A stretch of DNA of 64,000 nucleotides from Myxococcota bacterium (GTDB taxonomy: Bacteria > Myxococcota > UBA4151), in assembly GCA_040260805.1 (NCBI GenBank), contig JBDQPD010000003.1, forward strand, positions 6,166 to 70,165. The letters run 5' to 3'. Position 1 is the stretch's first letter; each line of letters opens with the position of its first letter. The notes beneath the pieces are model-generated. The model made no database searches and was not told the DNA's origin. It saw only the letters and a program-made list of their open reading frames with translations. The position numbers were made by a program, and so were the translations under genes. Below are positions 1 through 10,754 of the stretch, piece by piece.

Positions 1-2608
1 CAGTCAGGGCTTTGCAGACCGCAAAGAACAAGAGCTTGTTGCGCCACCAGAGCAGCACCGGCTGGATCATAGTGGTTTATTAAAAGTGCTCGCGAAGCGC
101 TCGGTCATCGAACTCGATAGCGCCTCAGGGCCCGATGAGGAGCGCAGCCGCTTTGATGATCTCGATGAATTGCGTCGCGACCTCACGCTAGCTAGCCGAA
201 GAGCCCTCACTGATGACGGCGATCTGCTTGAGCCCTTAGTGACTCAAATCAAGCGATGGCGCGCACAACACATGACCCTTGTTGCGCTGAGTGAGCATGA
301 AACCAGACGCCAGCGCTTAGCGAAACAGTTGACCGAGCGAGGCTTGATCGTGCGTCAGCTTGACCAAAGCGCGACCTGGCGACCTAACGATGAACTCAAA
401 ACACTGCGCGACCCGAAGGTCTCGGTGTACATTGGCGACGCGGCGCTTCGGCGCGGCTACGTCGACCGACAGCGCCTCTTGGTCCTCATTCCTGAAACCT
501 TGGTCAACGGTCGAAGGCGCAACCTTCGAGCGCAACGTCCCAACCAATTCAATACCACCCTAGCCGAACTCAAAATTGGAAAGGCTGTCGTTCATCTGGA
601 TTTTGGAATCGGCCTTTATCAAGGGATCGAGCGGCGCAGCATCGATGGGATCGATCACGACTTTATCCGAGTGGACTTTCGAGACCAGGACAAAGTCTTT
701 GTTCCGGTTGCGCGTATTGGTGTGCTGCGTCCTTACGATGGAGGCGGTGAGCCCAAACTCGATAAGGTCGGCGGAAGCTCATGGACCAAGCGCTGCGCTC
801 GAGTGCGTAAAGGGCTCCTGCAGATCGCTCATCGCCTCGTCGAAACGCAAGCTAAACGTGACGCCTTTGAGGTCAAACCGCTCAACGACGCTGGGGAGCT
901 CGCTCGCAATTTTGAGTCTTTATTCCCCTTTCAACCGACTCCTGATCAAGAAGCCGCATTTGATGCGATTGCGCATGACCTCGCACAATCCCAACCCATG
1001 GATCGCTTGGTCTGCGGCGATGTGGGTTTTGGTAAGACCGAGGTCGCGATGCGCGCCGCTTTTACTGCGGTTGCAGCGGGTCAACAGGTCGCTATTTTAG
1101 TACCCACCACGGTTCTTTGTCAGCAGCACTTGCGGAGCTTTCGCGACCGCTTTGAGGCGATGGGGGCTCAGGTCGCGGGCTTGAGTCGTTTGAACACCAC
1201 TCAAGAGACCCAGGCCGTTCTGGATGGCTTAGGCAAAGGCTCTGTCGATGTGGTTGTTGGAACGCATAAACTCCTAAGCCGGCAGGTTCGCTTTAAGGCG
1301 CTGAGCTTACTGGTCGTCGATGAAGAGCAACGCTTTGGGGTGGGTCACAAAGAGCGGATCAAAGAATTGTGTCAGGGCGTTAATGTTCTGACCATGACCG
1401 CCACGCCGATCCCACGCACCATGCAACTCGCCATGCTCGGGGTTCGAAAACTGAGCACCATCAGCACGCCTCCGGCGGCACGACGAGCAGTTCGCACTAC
1501 CGTATGTCGATACGAAGAGCAGATGGTTCGGGAGGTTATTCTTCGTGAGTTTGAGCGCGGTGGACAGGTCTTCTTTTTGCACAATAAAGTGCAGGATCTC
1601 GAGGCTGTATCTGCTCACCTAGGGCAGCTCATTCCCGAAGCCAAGATCGGTATTGCGCACGGTCAGATGAGCGCTGACCAAGCCGATGGAGCGATGATCC
1701 GCTTTATCCGCGGCGAGACCAATCTCTTGGTGTGTACGACCATCATTGAGTCTGGCTTAGACATCCCCAACGCCAACACCATCTTAGTCCACCGTGCGGA
1801 CCGCTTCGGTCTCGCTCAGCTGCACCAGATCCGAGGACGGGTTGGGCGGCGGCGTGAGCGCGGTTATTGTTATTTGCTGCTGCGCCATGATGAAGACCAC
1901 CTCAGCGTCGACGCACAAAGACGCCTAGAGGCGCTCCGACGGTTCACCGAGCTCGGCGCGGGCATCCGCATCGCGCGAGAGGATCTGGACCTCCGCGGCG
2001 CAGGAAACCTGATCGGATCAGATCAATCAGGCCATATTGAAGCGGTGGGTATCGACCTGTACTCGGAGCTCTTACGCGAGGCCATCGCTCGAGTTAAAGG
2101 CGGGCAGATCAACACGCTCGCCAACGTGGAGATTAAACCCGGTCGCCCGGCTCTGGTGCCACGGGAGTTCATGCCCGACGCCGCGGAGCGGATCAGTCTT
2201 TACGATCGACTTGCGCGCGCCGATGAAGACTGGATTATTCAGCAGCTCGAAGAAGAGCTTGAGGATCGCTACGGTCAACTCCCCGAAGAGGTTGAGGCTC
2301 TTTTCTTGTGCGCTCGAACACGCTGGCGCGCAGGAGCGGCTGGGGCGAGTGAGATACAGTCTCAATTCAGCGGTCAAGGCGAGCACCGGCGTCTAATTTT
2401 AGCGGCGACCTTCGACGCACAAGGGAGCGGCTTGGAGCCCTCAGCGCTCGTTGGATGGGTCGCTCAGCGCCCCAAACAAGCCCGGTTGACTGCGAGCGGT
2501 CGCCTGATCTGGGAGCCGACCAAGAAGCTCATCGAGCAATGTGAAGACGACCCAGCTCGAGCGGCTCTGCACTTCGCAAGCGAGCTGCGAGCTTTGGTCC
2601 CGAGCTAA
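1..2608 (+). CDS. mfd: Transcription-repair coupling factor Mfd (5'-partial; roughly the N-terminal 300 aa lie upstream of the window)
   Basis: The frame is open from nt 2 to TAA 2606-2608, so the track start (GTG 86) is internal. CarD/RID-like segment HLDFGIGLYQGIERRSIDG...DKVFVPV. SF2 translocase motifs GDVGFGKTEVAMRAA, LLVVDEEQRFGV, LTMTATPIPRT, QLHQIRGRVGRR. Confidence 0.95.
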   Translation, partial: SQGFADRKEQELVAPPEQHRLDHSGLLKVLAKRSVIELDSASGPDEERSRFDDLDELRRDLTLASRRALTDDGDLLEPLVTQIKRWRAQHMTLVALSEHETRRQRLAKQLTERGLIVRQLDQSATWRPNDELKTLRDPKVSVYIGDAALRRGYVDRQRLLVLIPETLVNGRRRNLRAQRPNQFNTTLAELKIGKAVVHLDFGIGLYQGIERRSIDGIDHDFIRVDFRDQDKVFVPVARIGVLRPYDGGGEPKLDKVGGSSWTKRCARVRKGLLQIAHRLVETQAKRDAFEVKPLNDAGELARNFESLFPFQPTPDQEAAFDAIAHDLAQSQPMDRLVCGDVGFGKTEVAMRAAFTAVAAGQQVAILVPTTVLCQQHLRSFRDRFEAMGAQVAGLSRLNTTQETQAVLDGLGKGSVDVVVGTHKLLSRQVRFKALSLLVVDEEQRFGVGHKERIKELCQGVNVLTMTATPIPRTMQLAMLGVRKLSTISTPPAARRAVRTTVCRYEEQMVREVILREFERGGQVFFLHNKVQDLEAVSAHLGQLIPEAKIGIAHGQMSADQADGAMIRFIRGETNLLVCTTIIESGLDIPNANTILVHRADRFGLAQLHQIRGRVGRRRERGYCYLLLRHDEDHLSVDAQRRLEALRRFTELGAGIRIAREDLDLRGAGNLIGSDQSGHIEAVGIDLYSELLREAIARVKGGQINTLANVEIKPGRPALVPREFMPDAAERISLYDRLARADEDWIIQQLEEELEDRYGQLPEEVEALFLCARTRWRAGAAGASEIQSQFSGQGEHRRLILAATFDAQGSGLEPSALVGWVAQRPKQARLTASGRLIWEPTKKLIEQCEDDPARAALHFASELRALVPS

Positions 2609-3687
2609 TCGAGCAAGTCCGCAATGCTCTGCCAAAAACTCTTCTCACCCGCCGGCTCGTCGCCCACGGTTTGAGCATATCGATCCAACGCTTCACGCTG
2701 CTCAGTCGTCAGCTTTTTCGGAACCTGTATACGAACCTTGACGATCTGATGACCGCGACGGTCGCCCTCGCCGACGCCCTTGCCGCGCAGGCGAAAGTCG
2801 GTCCCATTTTGCGTCCCCGCTGGAACATTCATTCGCAGCATCGCTCCATCGACCGTCGGCACATCAACCGAACCGCCAAGCGCTGCGGTGGTGAAGTGAA
2901 TAGGAACCTCGCAATGTAGGTTTTTGTCACGCAACTCAAAGAAGCTGTGTGGCTCAACGTGGATCTCAACAAGCAAATGACCAGGCGCTGCTTGACCTCG
3001 GGCGTAATGACCGCCTTCTCGAACCCTCAAGCGCGATCCATCAGTAATCCCAGCAGGGACCCTTAACGTCACCTCATGGCGCGCTTCTCGGAGGCCTTTT
3101 CCGCGACAGGTCAGGCATGGGTCGTTGAGCTCGACACCCTCGCCAGAACACCTAGGACAAGTCTGCGGAAAGGCGAAGAAACCACGCTGCGCAGCCACTT
3201 GACCGCTGCCGCCACACTGAGCACAAACCCGAGCTCTTTGTCCGTTTTTGGTCCCGTGACCCGAGCACGGGATGCACGGGCTAAGCCTCTTATAATGGAC
3301 CGTCTTTTCTACCCCTCGAGCCATCTCGATAAAGCTGATACGAGCTCGGATACGCAGGCTTAAATCAGGCGCTGCGTCCGCGCCACGCGCGCCGCGACCG
3401 AACATATCAAAGAGGTCTGAAAATATCTCTGAGCCGCCAGGGAATCCGCCACCAAACCCAGCAGCTCCCTCCCCGGTGTGACCAAACTGATCATAACGAG
3501 CTCTTCGCTCCGCATCACCAACGACCGAATAAGCGGCTGCAATTTCCTTGAACCGCTCTTCAGCGCTGGGGTCGTCAGGGTTTTGGTCCGGATGATACCG
3601 AGCGGCTAGCTTTCGATAGGTTTTTTTAATGGTTTTGGCGTCCGCGTCACGGGGGACACCAAGGACCTCATAGGGGTCCCGATCCAT
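2605..3687 (-). CDS. dnaJ: Hsp40 co-chaperone DnaJ (type I)
   Basis: J domain with HPD (DPYEVLGVPRDADAKTIKKTYRKLAARYHPDQN), G/F-rich linker, and four CxxCxGxG zinc-finger repeats (CIPCSGHG, CAQCGGSG, CPRCSGEG, CLTCRGKG). It lies 3 nt downstream of dnaK. Confidence 0.95.
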   Translation of the reverse strand: MDRDPYEVLGVPRDADAKTIKKTYRKLAARYHPDQNPDDPSAEERFKEIAAAYSVVGDAERRARYDQFGHTGEGAAGFGGGFPGGSEIFSDLFDMFGRGARGADAAPDLSLRIRARISFIEMARGVEKTVHYKRLSPCIPCSGHGTKNGQRARVCAQCGGSGQVAAQRGFFAFPQTCPRCSGEGVELNDPCLTCRGKGLREARHEVTLRVPAGITDGSRLRVREGGHYARGQAAPGHLLVEIHVEPHSFFELRDKNLHCEVPIHFTTAALGGSVDVPTVDGAMLRMNVPAGTQNGTDFRLRGKGVGEGDRRGHQIVKVRIQVPKKLTTEQREALDRYAQTVGDEPAGEKSFWQSIADLLD

Positions 3688-3690
3688 GGC

Positions 3691-5535
3691 TTATTCGCCT
3701 CCGCCTAGACCTTCGCCGATCATCGCTTCAGAAGCTTCTGCGTACATCGCATCGGCAATCTTATGACTCGACAATTCTAAGCGCTGAACAGCCTGCCGTA
3801 AGCCGTCGTACTCTTCACGAGACAGCTCTTGTCGCAGGTTGTTCAGATCCAAACGAATCTGTTCCACGTCATCCGTGGTCAGCACGTGGGCGTATTCCTC
3901 AATCGCCTTATCCGTGGTGTAGATCAGACCGTCTGCGTTGTTGCGCAATTCAGCCATCTGACGGGCTTTCCTATCCGCCTCACGGTAATCGTCGGCTTCC
4001 GAGATCATGTTGTCGATCGCGCCTTCACTCAGACCCGACGACGACACGATCCGGATGCTCTGTTTTTTACCCGTGCCTAGATCCCGTGCGCTCACGTTCA
4101 CAAGACCCGAGGCGTCAATATCAAAGCTGACTTCAATTTGAGGAACGCCTCGAGGGGCTGGCGGAATACCGACCAGCTCGAAGCGACCCAAGCTCATATT
4201 ATCGGACGACATCTCACGTTCGCCCTGGAGCACGTGAATCGTCACTAAAGGCTGATTGTCTACTGCGGTTGAGAAGACCATCGACTTACGTGTCGGTACG
4301 GTGGTGTTGCGCTCAATGATGCGCGTCATCAACCCACCTTGGGTCTCAACACCTAAGCTCAAAGGCGTGACGTCAAGAAGCAGGACGTCTTTAACATCGC
4401 CCGCTAGAATACCCGCTTGGATGGCAGCCCCTTGCGCCACAACCTCGTCAGGGTTCTCTCGCTTATCGGGGTTTTTACCGAAGAATCCGGTGACCTTTTC
4501 TTGCAGCATCGGCATGCGCGTTTGACCGCCAACGAGCAGGACCTCTTCGATATCCCCCGCCGACATTCCGGCGTCTTCAAGGCAACTCTCGCAGCTCTCG
4601 AGTGTGCGCTCGACCAAGCCGCCAACCCAAGCCTCAAGGTCTTCACGCTTGAGCTCGCGAGTCAGGTGTTTCGCGCCCGAAGCATCAGCAGAGATGAACG
4701 GGAGATTGATTTCGGTGACCTCAGCGGTCGAGAGTTCGTGTTTGGCGCGCTCGGCTGCCTCTTTGAGGCGCTGCAAAGCCATTCGGTCGTTGCGAAGGTC
4801 GACTCCGGTCTCTTCTTGGAACTCGTCAGCGAGCTTATTGATGATGCACATATCGAAGTCATCACCGCCCAAGAAGGTGTCGCCGTTGGTTGCGACGACC
4901 TCAAAGACACCCTTGTTTCGCCTCAGGATCGAGATATCAAACGTACCACCACCCAAATCGTAAACAGCGACGAGCTCGGCCGTGGCGTCGCCCAATCCGT
5001 GGGCGAGCGCTGCAGCCGTCGGCTCGTTGATGATCCGCTCAACTTCCAAACCCGCAATGCGACCTGCATCTCGAGTCGCTTGTCGCTGCGCATCATTGAA
5101 GTAGGCAGGAACCGTAATCACGGCTCGCTCGATCTCACTTCCGAGGTAATCTTCAACAGTTTGCTTCAACCGGCTCAGCACCATCGCTGAAATCTCTGCC
5201 GGACTGTAGGCGCGACCGCGCCCCTCTACCCAGGCGTCGCCGTTCTCTGCTTCCACCACTTTGAAGGGGCGGTTCTCAGACATGGATCCGACCTCTTTCG
5301 AGTCGAAGCGGCGGCCGATTAGGCGTTTGACTGAGTAGATGGTGTTCGCTGGGTTGGTGATCGCCTGACGTTTGGCGATCTGGCCTACCAGCCGCTCACC
5401 CGATTCGGTGAAGCCGACCATAGATGGGGTGGTACGAGCACCCTCTGCGTTTGGGATAACGACCACTTCGCCATTTTCATAAATAGCGACGCATGAGTTG
5501 GTGGTCCCTAAGTCGATTCCGACAATGCGCGACAT
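3691..5535 (-). CDS. dnaK: Hsp70 chaperone DnaK
   Basis: Hsp70 signatures [32 protein letters not shown]. 614 aa, flanked by grpE and dnaJ. Confidence 0.98.
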   Translation of the reverse strand: MSRIVGIDLGTTNSCVAIYENGEVVVIPNAEGARTTPSMVGFTESGERLVGQIAKRQAITNPANTIYSVKRLIGRRFDSKEVGSMSENRPFKVVEAENGDAWVEGRGRAYSPAEISAMVLSRLKQTVEDYLGSEIERAVITVPAYFNDAQRQATRDAGRIAGLEVERIINEPTAAALAHGLGDATAELVAVYDLGGGTFDISILRRNKGVFEVVATNGDTFLGGDDFDMCIINKLADEFQEETGVDLRNDRMALQRLKEAAERAKHELSTAEVTEINLPFISADASGAKHLTRELKREDLEAWVGGLVERTLESCESCLEDAGMSAGDIEEVLLVGGQTRMPMLQEKVTGFFGKNPDKRENPDEVVAQGAAIQAGILAGDVKDVLLLDVTPLSLGVETQGGLMTRIIERNTTVPTRKSMVFSTAVDNQPLVTIHVLQGEREMSSDNMSLGRFELVGIPPAPRGVPQIEVSFDIDASGLVNVSARDLGTGKKQSIRIVSSSGLSEGAIDNMISEADDYREADRKARQMAELRNNADGLIYTTDKAIEEYAHVLTTDDVEQIRLDLNNLRQELSREEYDGLRQAVQRLELSSHKIADAMYAEASEAMIGEGLGGGE

Positions 5536-5540
5536 ACGGT

Positions 5541-6296
5541 TTAGCTCTCAGCCTCCGGGCCATCTGTGCCATTAAACGACGAATCGGATGCGCTGTCCAA
5601 CTTTCCGGCACTCACGACAACAGAAGCTGCGCGCAACAGGCGGTCGTGGAGCATGTAACCTTTCTGCATTTGCTCGCAGACGAGGTCCTCTGCGTGGACA
5701 GCATGTCCTTGACGGGCGACCGCCTCGTGGCGCTCGGGATCGAAAACCTCTCCAACGCTTTCAAAGGCTTTGACGCCGTGGCGGTCCAAAACACTCAGCA
5801 TCTGATTGAGGATCATTTTGACGCCTTCAGACAACGAGCCTGCGCTGTCCTCTTCGGTCGATACCGAGAGTGCGCGTTCGATGTTGTCGACAACGCCAAG
5901 AAGGTCACGCATCGAGTTCTCGGACGCATACAGCCGCTGCGTTGCTTGTTCCCGCTGCACACGCTTTCGGTAGTTATCAAAGTCCGCCATCAAACGCATG
6001 TGGCGCGTCTTGAGCTCCTCAAGCGCTTTAGCGCTGCCGTCATCCTGAGCGGGCCGAACGAGCTTTGCTTCGGGCGTCGCTTCGACATCCGTAGCGGCAT
6101 CGTTGACCGCTTTGGTCGCCTCAGCGGCAACCGCATTCGCAGCTTTTTGCGGCTCGACAGCCGGCTGAGCGGCGGCGGCATTTGCCTGGCTGACCTCTGG
6201 CTCTACAGCCTGAGTGCTAGGCTCATCGCCGAGCGAATCCACCGCAGCCAGCGCTTCGGCGATTGCATCTTCCATGCTCTGATTCTGCTTGTTCAT
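5541..6296 (-). CDS. grpE: Nucleotide exchange factor GrpE
   Basis: GrpE core ([43 protein letters not shown]) behind a low-complexity A/E-rich N-terminus. It lies 5 nt upstream of dnaK. Confidence 0.9.
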   Translation of the reverse strand: MNKQNQSMEDAIAEALAAVDSLGDEPSTQAVEPEVSQANAAAAQPAVEPQKAANAVAAEATKAVNDAATDVEATPEAKLVRPAQDDGSAKALEELKTRHMRLMADFDNYRKRVQREQATQRLYASENSMRDLLGVVDNIERALSVSTEEDSAGSLSEGVKMILNQMLSVLDRHGVKAFESVGEVFDPERHEAVARQGHAVHAEDLVCEQMQKGYMLHDRLLRAASVVVSAGKLDSASDSSFNGTDGPEAES

Positions 6297-6337
6297 CGAG
6301 TGACCCTAACGTGCACGCGGCGCTCCTAACTCAAAAC

Positions 6338-7567
6338 TTACAGTGAAGAAAACGCTGAAACCGCCTCGGCGTTGAGTAGATCGCCGGCGACGGCATCCAC
6401 TCGGTGAACCGCATCCTGCGTCAGGCGGTAAGGCCGAGCATTTGTTAGCGTTTTCTCTTCGATCAACCGATGCACGGTAGCCAGCAATTGAGCATCCGCA
6501 AGCCCAAAGGCATTACCCCAGTGCTCAGGGTCGATCCCGAGATCAAAGTCGCGCACACCAAGCATTGAAGCCTCGCGCAGCCACTGAGAGGGCGTTAGCG
6601 TCTCATCATGATCATCCTGAACAAAGCGAAGCTCCTGAGATCCTTGGTCAACCTTTTGCTTCCAACCGCGCAGGCTCTTGGGATTGCAGCGGCGCTCTAA
6701 ACCGCCGTGGCCAAGCTGCCGCTGGCCATGGGCACCCGGGCCAACCCCGATAAAGGTCCGATCCCGCCAATACGACCGATTGTGCCGACTGCTACTGCCC
6801 GGTTTTGCGAAATTACTGATCTCATAACGATGCATCCCTGCGGCAGCCGCTTTGTCGGCAACCATTTGATACATCCGCAGCCAGGTTGATCGATCAAGCT
6901 CCTCTAAACGCCCGGCTCGAAACTCAGTCCCAAAATGCGTGCCGTCTTCGATGGTCAAACCATAAAGCGAGACATGCTCCGCGCCCAAACCAAAGAAACG
7001 AACGAGCATCTTATCGAGCGTGGAATCAAGCTGGTTTGGTAAGCCGAAAATAAGATCTAGGCTCAAATTGTCGAAGCCCGCCTGACGCGCAGAATCAACC
7101 CCTCGCAAAGCCGTCAAAGCGTCGTGCCTTCGACCGAGCCACTGTAACTCCTGGTCCTCTAAACTTTGCACTCCAATGCTCAATCGGTTGATCCCGGCGG
7201 ACCGAAAGTCAGCGAGTCCTTGCGCCGTGATATCCTCTGGGTTTGCTTCTAACGTAATCTCTGCTGAAGCGCTGATCCCGAACAAGCGATCGATCGTGCC
7301 CAAGAGGCGAGCGGTCAGAGCCGGGCTCATTCGCCCTGGCGTGCCGCCGCCAAAATAAATCGTGGTCACCCGACCATCAACCCACTCACTCCACAACTCG
7401 AGCTCTCTAATGATGGTTGAAGCGTAGGCGGGGTCCTCTTCGGACGTGGTCGAAAAAAAGTCGCAATAGGGGCAGAGCGTAGCGCAATACGGGTAGTGGA
7501 GATAAACTTGCAGATCGGCCTCCTTTGACAGGCAAGGAATCACAAGCGACAAGCACCGTAAGCGCAC
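6338..7567 (-). CDS. hemW: Radical SAM heme chaperone HemW / HemN-like family protein
   Basis: Radical-SAM CxxxCxxC (PYCATLCPYCDF), GGGTPG, and a HemN_C-like C-terminus. A strong AAGGAGG (minus strand, 7518-7524) lies inside the track ORF, 5 nt before an in-frame CTG (7512-7510). The true start may therefore be downstream of 7567. Confidence 0.85.
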   Translation of the reverse strand: MRLRCLSLVIPCLSKEADLQVYLHYPYCATLCPYCDFFSTTSEEDPAYASTIIRELELWSEWVDGRVTTIYFGGGTPGRMSPALTARLLGTIDRLFGISASAEITLEANPEDITAQGLADFRSAGINRLSIGVQSLEDQELQWLGRRHDALTALRGVDSARQAGFDNLSLDLIFGLPNQLDSTLDKMLVRFFGLGAEHVSLYGLTIEDGTHFGTEFRAGRLEELDRSTWLRMYQMVADKAAAAGMHRYEISNFAKPGSSSRHNRSYWRDRTFIGVGPGAHGQRQLGHGGLERRCNPKSLRGWKQKVDQGSQELRFVQDDHDETLTPSQWLREASMLGVRDFDLGIDPEHWGNAFGLADAQLLATVHRLIEEKTLTNARPYRLTQDAVHRVDAVAGDLLNAEAVSAFSSL

Positions 7568-7585
7568 CTTCGCGACGGAAGCAAC

Positions 7586-10500
7586 ATGCTCGCGCCGACC
7601 GGAACTGTCACCCTTGTCTTTACTGACCTGCGCGCCTCAGAGCGTCTGTGGTCACAAGTGCCTGATACCATGCGAATTGCGCTGAATCAGCACGATAAAA
7701 TTGTACGCGAGTCCTTACGTCAACACAAAGGCTACGAGGTCAAATGCGAAGACGGCTCATTCATGCTGGCCTTTGCAGAATCAGAATTAGCGCTCGAATT
7801 TGCCGCGGACCTGCAGCTGCGCTTGCTCTGCGCAGACTGGCCCGACGCCCTGCTCGAAGACGATGCCGCCGGTGCGGTGCGAAGTGACAAGGGCAGGCTG
7901 ATCTTTGCCGGGCTGCGCAGCAGCGTCGGGATGCATCATGGTGACGTTGAATGCCGAATCGACCCAACGACAGGTCGAATGGACTATTTCGGCCCGACAG
8001 CAAACCGCGCCGCGCGGATTTCGGCGGCTGCGCATGAGGGGCAGACCCTCCTGAGTAAAAGTCTACAGCTCGCACCGAGCGAGCAGAGCGCATGGGTTAT
8101 CGACGGTTTAGGGACGCATCAATTACGGGGACTTGAAGGTGCGCTTGAGCTGTTTGAGCTCAAACCTAAAAGCCTTGTAGACCGGCGCTTCCCGCCCCCG
8201 CTAACGCTCAACGCCATCCGCACCAACCTGCAACCCCGCAGCGATCGGTTTATCGGCAGAGTCGAACAACTCGAAGCGATCGAGGGGTCCTTAGAGCAAG
8301 GTCATCGGCTCGTTACGCTAATGGGCGCCTCTGGGCTGGGGAAAACTCGCCTGGCGCAGCGTTATGGCGGCTTGCATCTCGAAGCTTTTCCCGGCGGCAT
8401 TTGGTTTTGCGATATCGCAGAAGCAACTGATCTCAACGATGTGATCGCATGCGTCGGACACACCTTAGCGATCCCTCTAACCAGTGGTCGCAACGACAGC
8501 GAACTGCTGGAGCAAATTGGCACGCAGCTCAATAAAAATGGGACGTCGCTGCTGATTTTAGACAACCTAGAACAAGCGATTGAACCCTCGGCTCAGGCGA
8601 TCGAGCGCTGGCTCGCCATGGCCGAGTCCCTGACGATTTTGGCAACGAGCCAAGAGCGTCTTCGACTCAGCGCCGAGATCACGCATGAGGTTCGGCCACT
8701 CAATGAAGCCGAAGGAATTGAGTTGTTCCATGCACGCGTCAAAGAGCTACGCGGCGATTACAACCCGTCCGTTAATCAGCGCTCAGTGCTGGCTGAGGTC
8801 ATCCGCTCGCTCGACTCGATCCCGCTAGCCATTGAGCTAGCGGCGGCTCAGATTCGGCACATGAGCCTGATGTCGCTTAGCCAACAGATCCAACAACGAC
8901 TCGACCTACTCAGCGATGAAAGCAGTGAAGCGCCTCCGCGCCATCGTACACTTCGCGCGGCGATCGAGTGGTCATGGGATTTACTCACTGATTTTGAAAA
9001 AGATGTCTTGAGCCAAGCTTCGGTCTTTCGAGGTGGGTTTCATCTCGACGCCGCTGAGGTGATTATCGAACCGAGCGACCCCGACAGCCCCTGGGTCATG
9101 GACCTGCTCGAATCGCTGAACGATAAAAGCTTATTGGTCACTCAGGACCAAGCAGAAGGAACCCTGCGATTTTCGATCTATGAGAGCATCCGCCTTTATG
9201 CAGCCGAAGTTCTTGATCGCAACGATACCGAGCATTCGGCGCAAGCTCGTCATGCCGAGTACTTTGCGAGGGAATCGAGGCGTTTTAGCGCCGGTTTGTA
9301 CGGATCAGAAGGTAAAAGACTCCGTCAGGAGTTGAGTTACGACCTAAAGAACCTTCAAGCGGTTTCGGCTTGGGGGGGCGCATCGCCTGACCAACGCGGA
9401 GAGGCGATCTTTGCCCAACTCGCTCTTCGTAAACTCACAGGGCCGATCAAATCGCGCGGACCGCTCCTCAAAGCGATTGCTGACGACTTGTCGAAACTCG
9501 AGCCCAACTTGCACGGACGCCTGCTCCGAGCGCGCGCCGAATACGAAGCCGAAACCGGTGAGGTCGCTGCGGCGAAAGAAACCCTTACTTTGGCGCTCGC
9601 CACGGCGCGCAACGCTGATGATCAAGAACTTCAGGGTCGAGTCCTAGGGTCTTTGGGTTTACTGCACCGGCAAAGCGCTGAGGTCACTCAGGCGCGAGCA
9701 GCTTTCAACGAAGCGCTCAATAAAGCGCGTGCGAGCAACGACGACCGAACGCGCAGCGCAACCCTGAACAACCTGGCAGCGCTCGAGCACGACCAGGCGC
9801 GCTTCCAAACCGCAGAAGAGCTTTTTCTTGAGGCTTATGACCTTTGCGTCTCTCGGCAGCACATCCTAGGCGCTGCAACCGCTCAAATGAACTTGGGTAC
9901 GATCAACTTAGAGCGAGGAGATCTCGAGCGAGCTCGGCACTTCTATCATGAAGCCATTCAGACCTTTCAGAGCAACAAGGACCAAGCCTACGAGATGATG
10001 GTCATGACGTTGCTCGGCTTGGTGGACCTGGATGAGGGTGCATATTCAGCCGCTAAGAAGGCGCTGAGCAAATCCCTCAAATCGGCAACAGACTCAGGCG
10101 ATATGATGGTCCAGATTATGTCTGAGTGTTGGCATGGAGTAGCCCACTGGCTCGACAACGAAGACGAAGCCGCCTTTGTTCGACTTAGGGCGTCTGCGTC
10201 CATCATGCGCGACCAAAACAATCCCAAAATGCTCGCTTTTGTACACGGTTATTACGGCTCCATGCTTGCGGTCAGAGGTCGGATATCCGAGGCCAGAGAG
10301 AAGTTTCGTTTGGCGCGCTACTTAATGCGTCAAACCAACAACCGAAACCATCTCGATGCGCTGAAGATTATGGTCGGTCTCGCGGCGGCGTCGCTGGCCG
10401 AGCAAGCGCATCAGGCAGGCGACGAGAAAGCCTACGCAAGGCATTTAGCGATTGCGCTGCAACGCAGACAGTTTGCGCTGGAACCCACTGAGCCCAACGC

Positions 10501-10675
10501 ATCATTTCCTGATGGCCTACCTGCGCCTACGGCGCGCTCCGCTGACGCCAGAATGTGTCTCACCTTGCTCCAGCGAATGCTCTCTAAGCTTCCTGGAATT
10601 CCGGATGACCTAAGGGAAGCACTCAAAAAGATGGAGTCGCCTCGCGACACCTTACCACCGCTCAAAGCGCCGTAA
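7586..10675 (+). CDS. Class III adenylate/guanylate cyclase domain fused to a STAND (NB-ARC-like) P-loop NTPase and TPR repeats
   Basis: Residues ~5-190 carry cyclase motifs (VTLVFTDL, KCEDGSFMLAF, GPTANRAARI). Both metal-binding Asp and the Asn/Arg pair appear present. P-loop LMGASGLGKTRLA and Walker B LLILDNLE follow. The C-terminal ~450 aa are TPR-like helical repeats. No HTH or TM segment seen. Confidence 0.8.
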   Translation: MLAPTGTVTLVFTDLRASERLWSQVPDTMRIALNQHDKIVRESLRQHKGYEVKCEDGSFMLAFAESELALEFAADLQLRLLCADWPDALLEDDAAGAVRSDKGRLIFAGLRSSVGMHHGDVECRIDPTTGRMDYFGPTANRAARISAAAHEGQTLLSKSLQLAPSEQSAWVIDGLGTHQLRGLEGALELFELKPKSLVDRRFPPPLTLNAIRTNLQPRSDRFIGRVEQLEAIEGSLEQGHRLVTLMGASGLGKTRLAQRYGGLHLEAFPGGIWFCDIAEATDLNDVIACVGHTLAIPLTSGRNDSELLEQIGTQLNKNGTSLLILDNLEQAIEPSAQAIERWLAMAESLTILATSQERLRLSAEITHEVRPLNEAEGIELFHARVKELRGDYNPSVNQRSVLAEVIRSLDSIPLAIELAAAQIRHMSLMSLSQQIQQRLDLLSDESSEAPPRHRTLRAAIEWSWDLLTDFEKDVLSQASVFRGGFHLDAAEVIIEPSDPDSPWVMDLLESLNDKSLLVTQDQAEGTLRFSIYESIRLYAAEVLDRNDTEHSAQARHAEYFARESRRFSAGLYGSEGKRLRQELSYDLKNLQAVSAWGGASPDQRGEAIFAQLALRKLTGPIKSRGPLLKAIADDLSKLEPNLHGRLLRARAEYEAETGEVAAAKETLTLALATARNADDQELQGRVLGSLGLLHRQSAEVTQARAAFNEALNKARASNDDRTRSATLNNLAALEHDQARFQTAEELFLEAYDLCVSRQHILGAATAQMNLGTINLERGDLERARHFYHEAIQTFQSNKDQAYEMMVMTLLGLVDLDEGAYSAAKKALSKSLKSATDSGDMMVQIMSECWHGVAHWLDNEDEAAFVRLRASASIMRDQNNPKMLAFVHGYYGSMLAVRGRISEAREKFRLARYLMRQTNNRNHLDALKIMVGLAAASLAEQAHQAGDEKAYARHLAIALQRRQFALEPTEPNASFPDGLPAPTARSADARMCLTLLQRMLSKLPGIPDDLREALKKMESPRDTLPPLKAP

Positions 10676-10754
10676 CCCAAATGATGCGCCCGCTGCCTTC
10701 TCAGAATCGCCAGCCGATGGTACGGCCGAACCACCCTCAAACTCGGTAGAGCTT

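Noticed and set aside
3860-3875. parS half-site TGTTCCACGT inside dnaK
   Set aside because: Only the left arm matches. The right arm (CATCCG) does not, and the site is intragenic.
4417-5190. 257-aa + strand ORF (and several shorter ones) antisense to dnaK
   Set aside because: It lies entirely inside the strongly supported dnaK CDS. Long antisense ORFs are expected in GC-rich genes, and it has no motif, SD or independent support.
5493-6329. 278-aa + strand ORF covering the whole of grpE on the opposite strand
   Set aside because: Same reasoning. grpE on the minus strand has the family motifs and operon context, and the antisense product is Arg/Cys/Leu-rich with no recognisable features.
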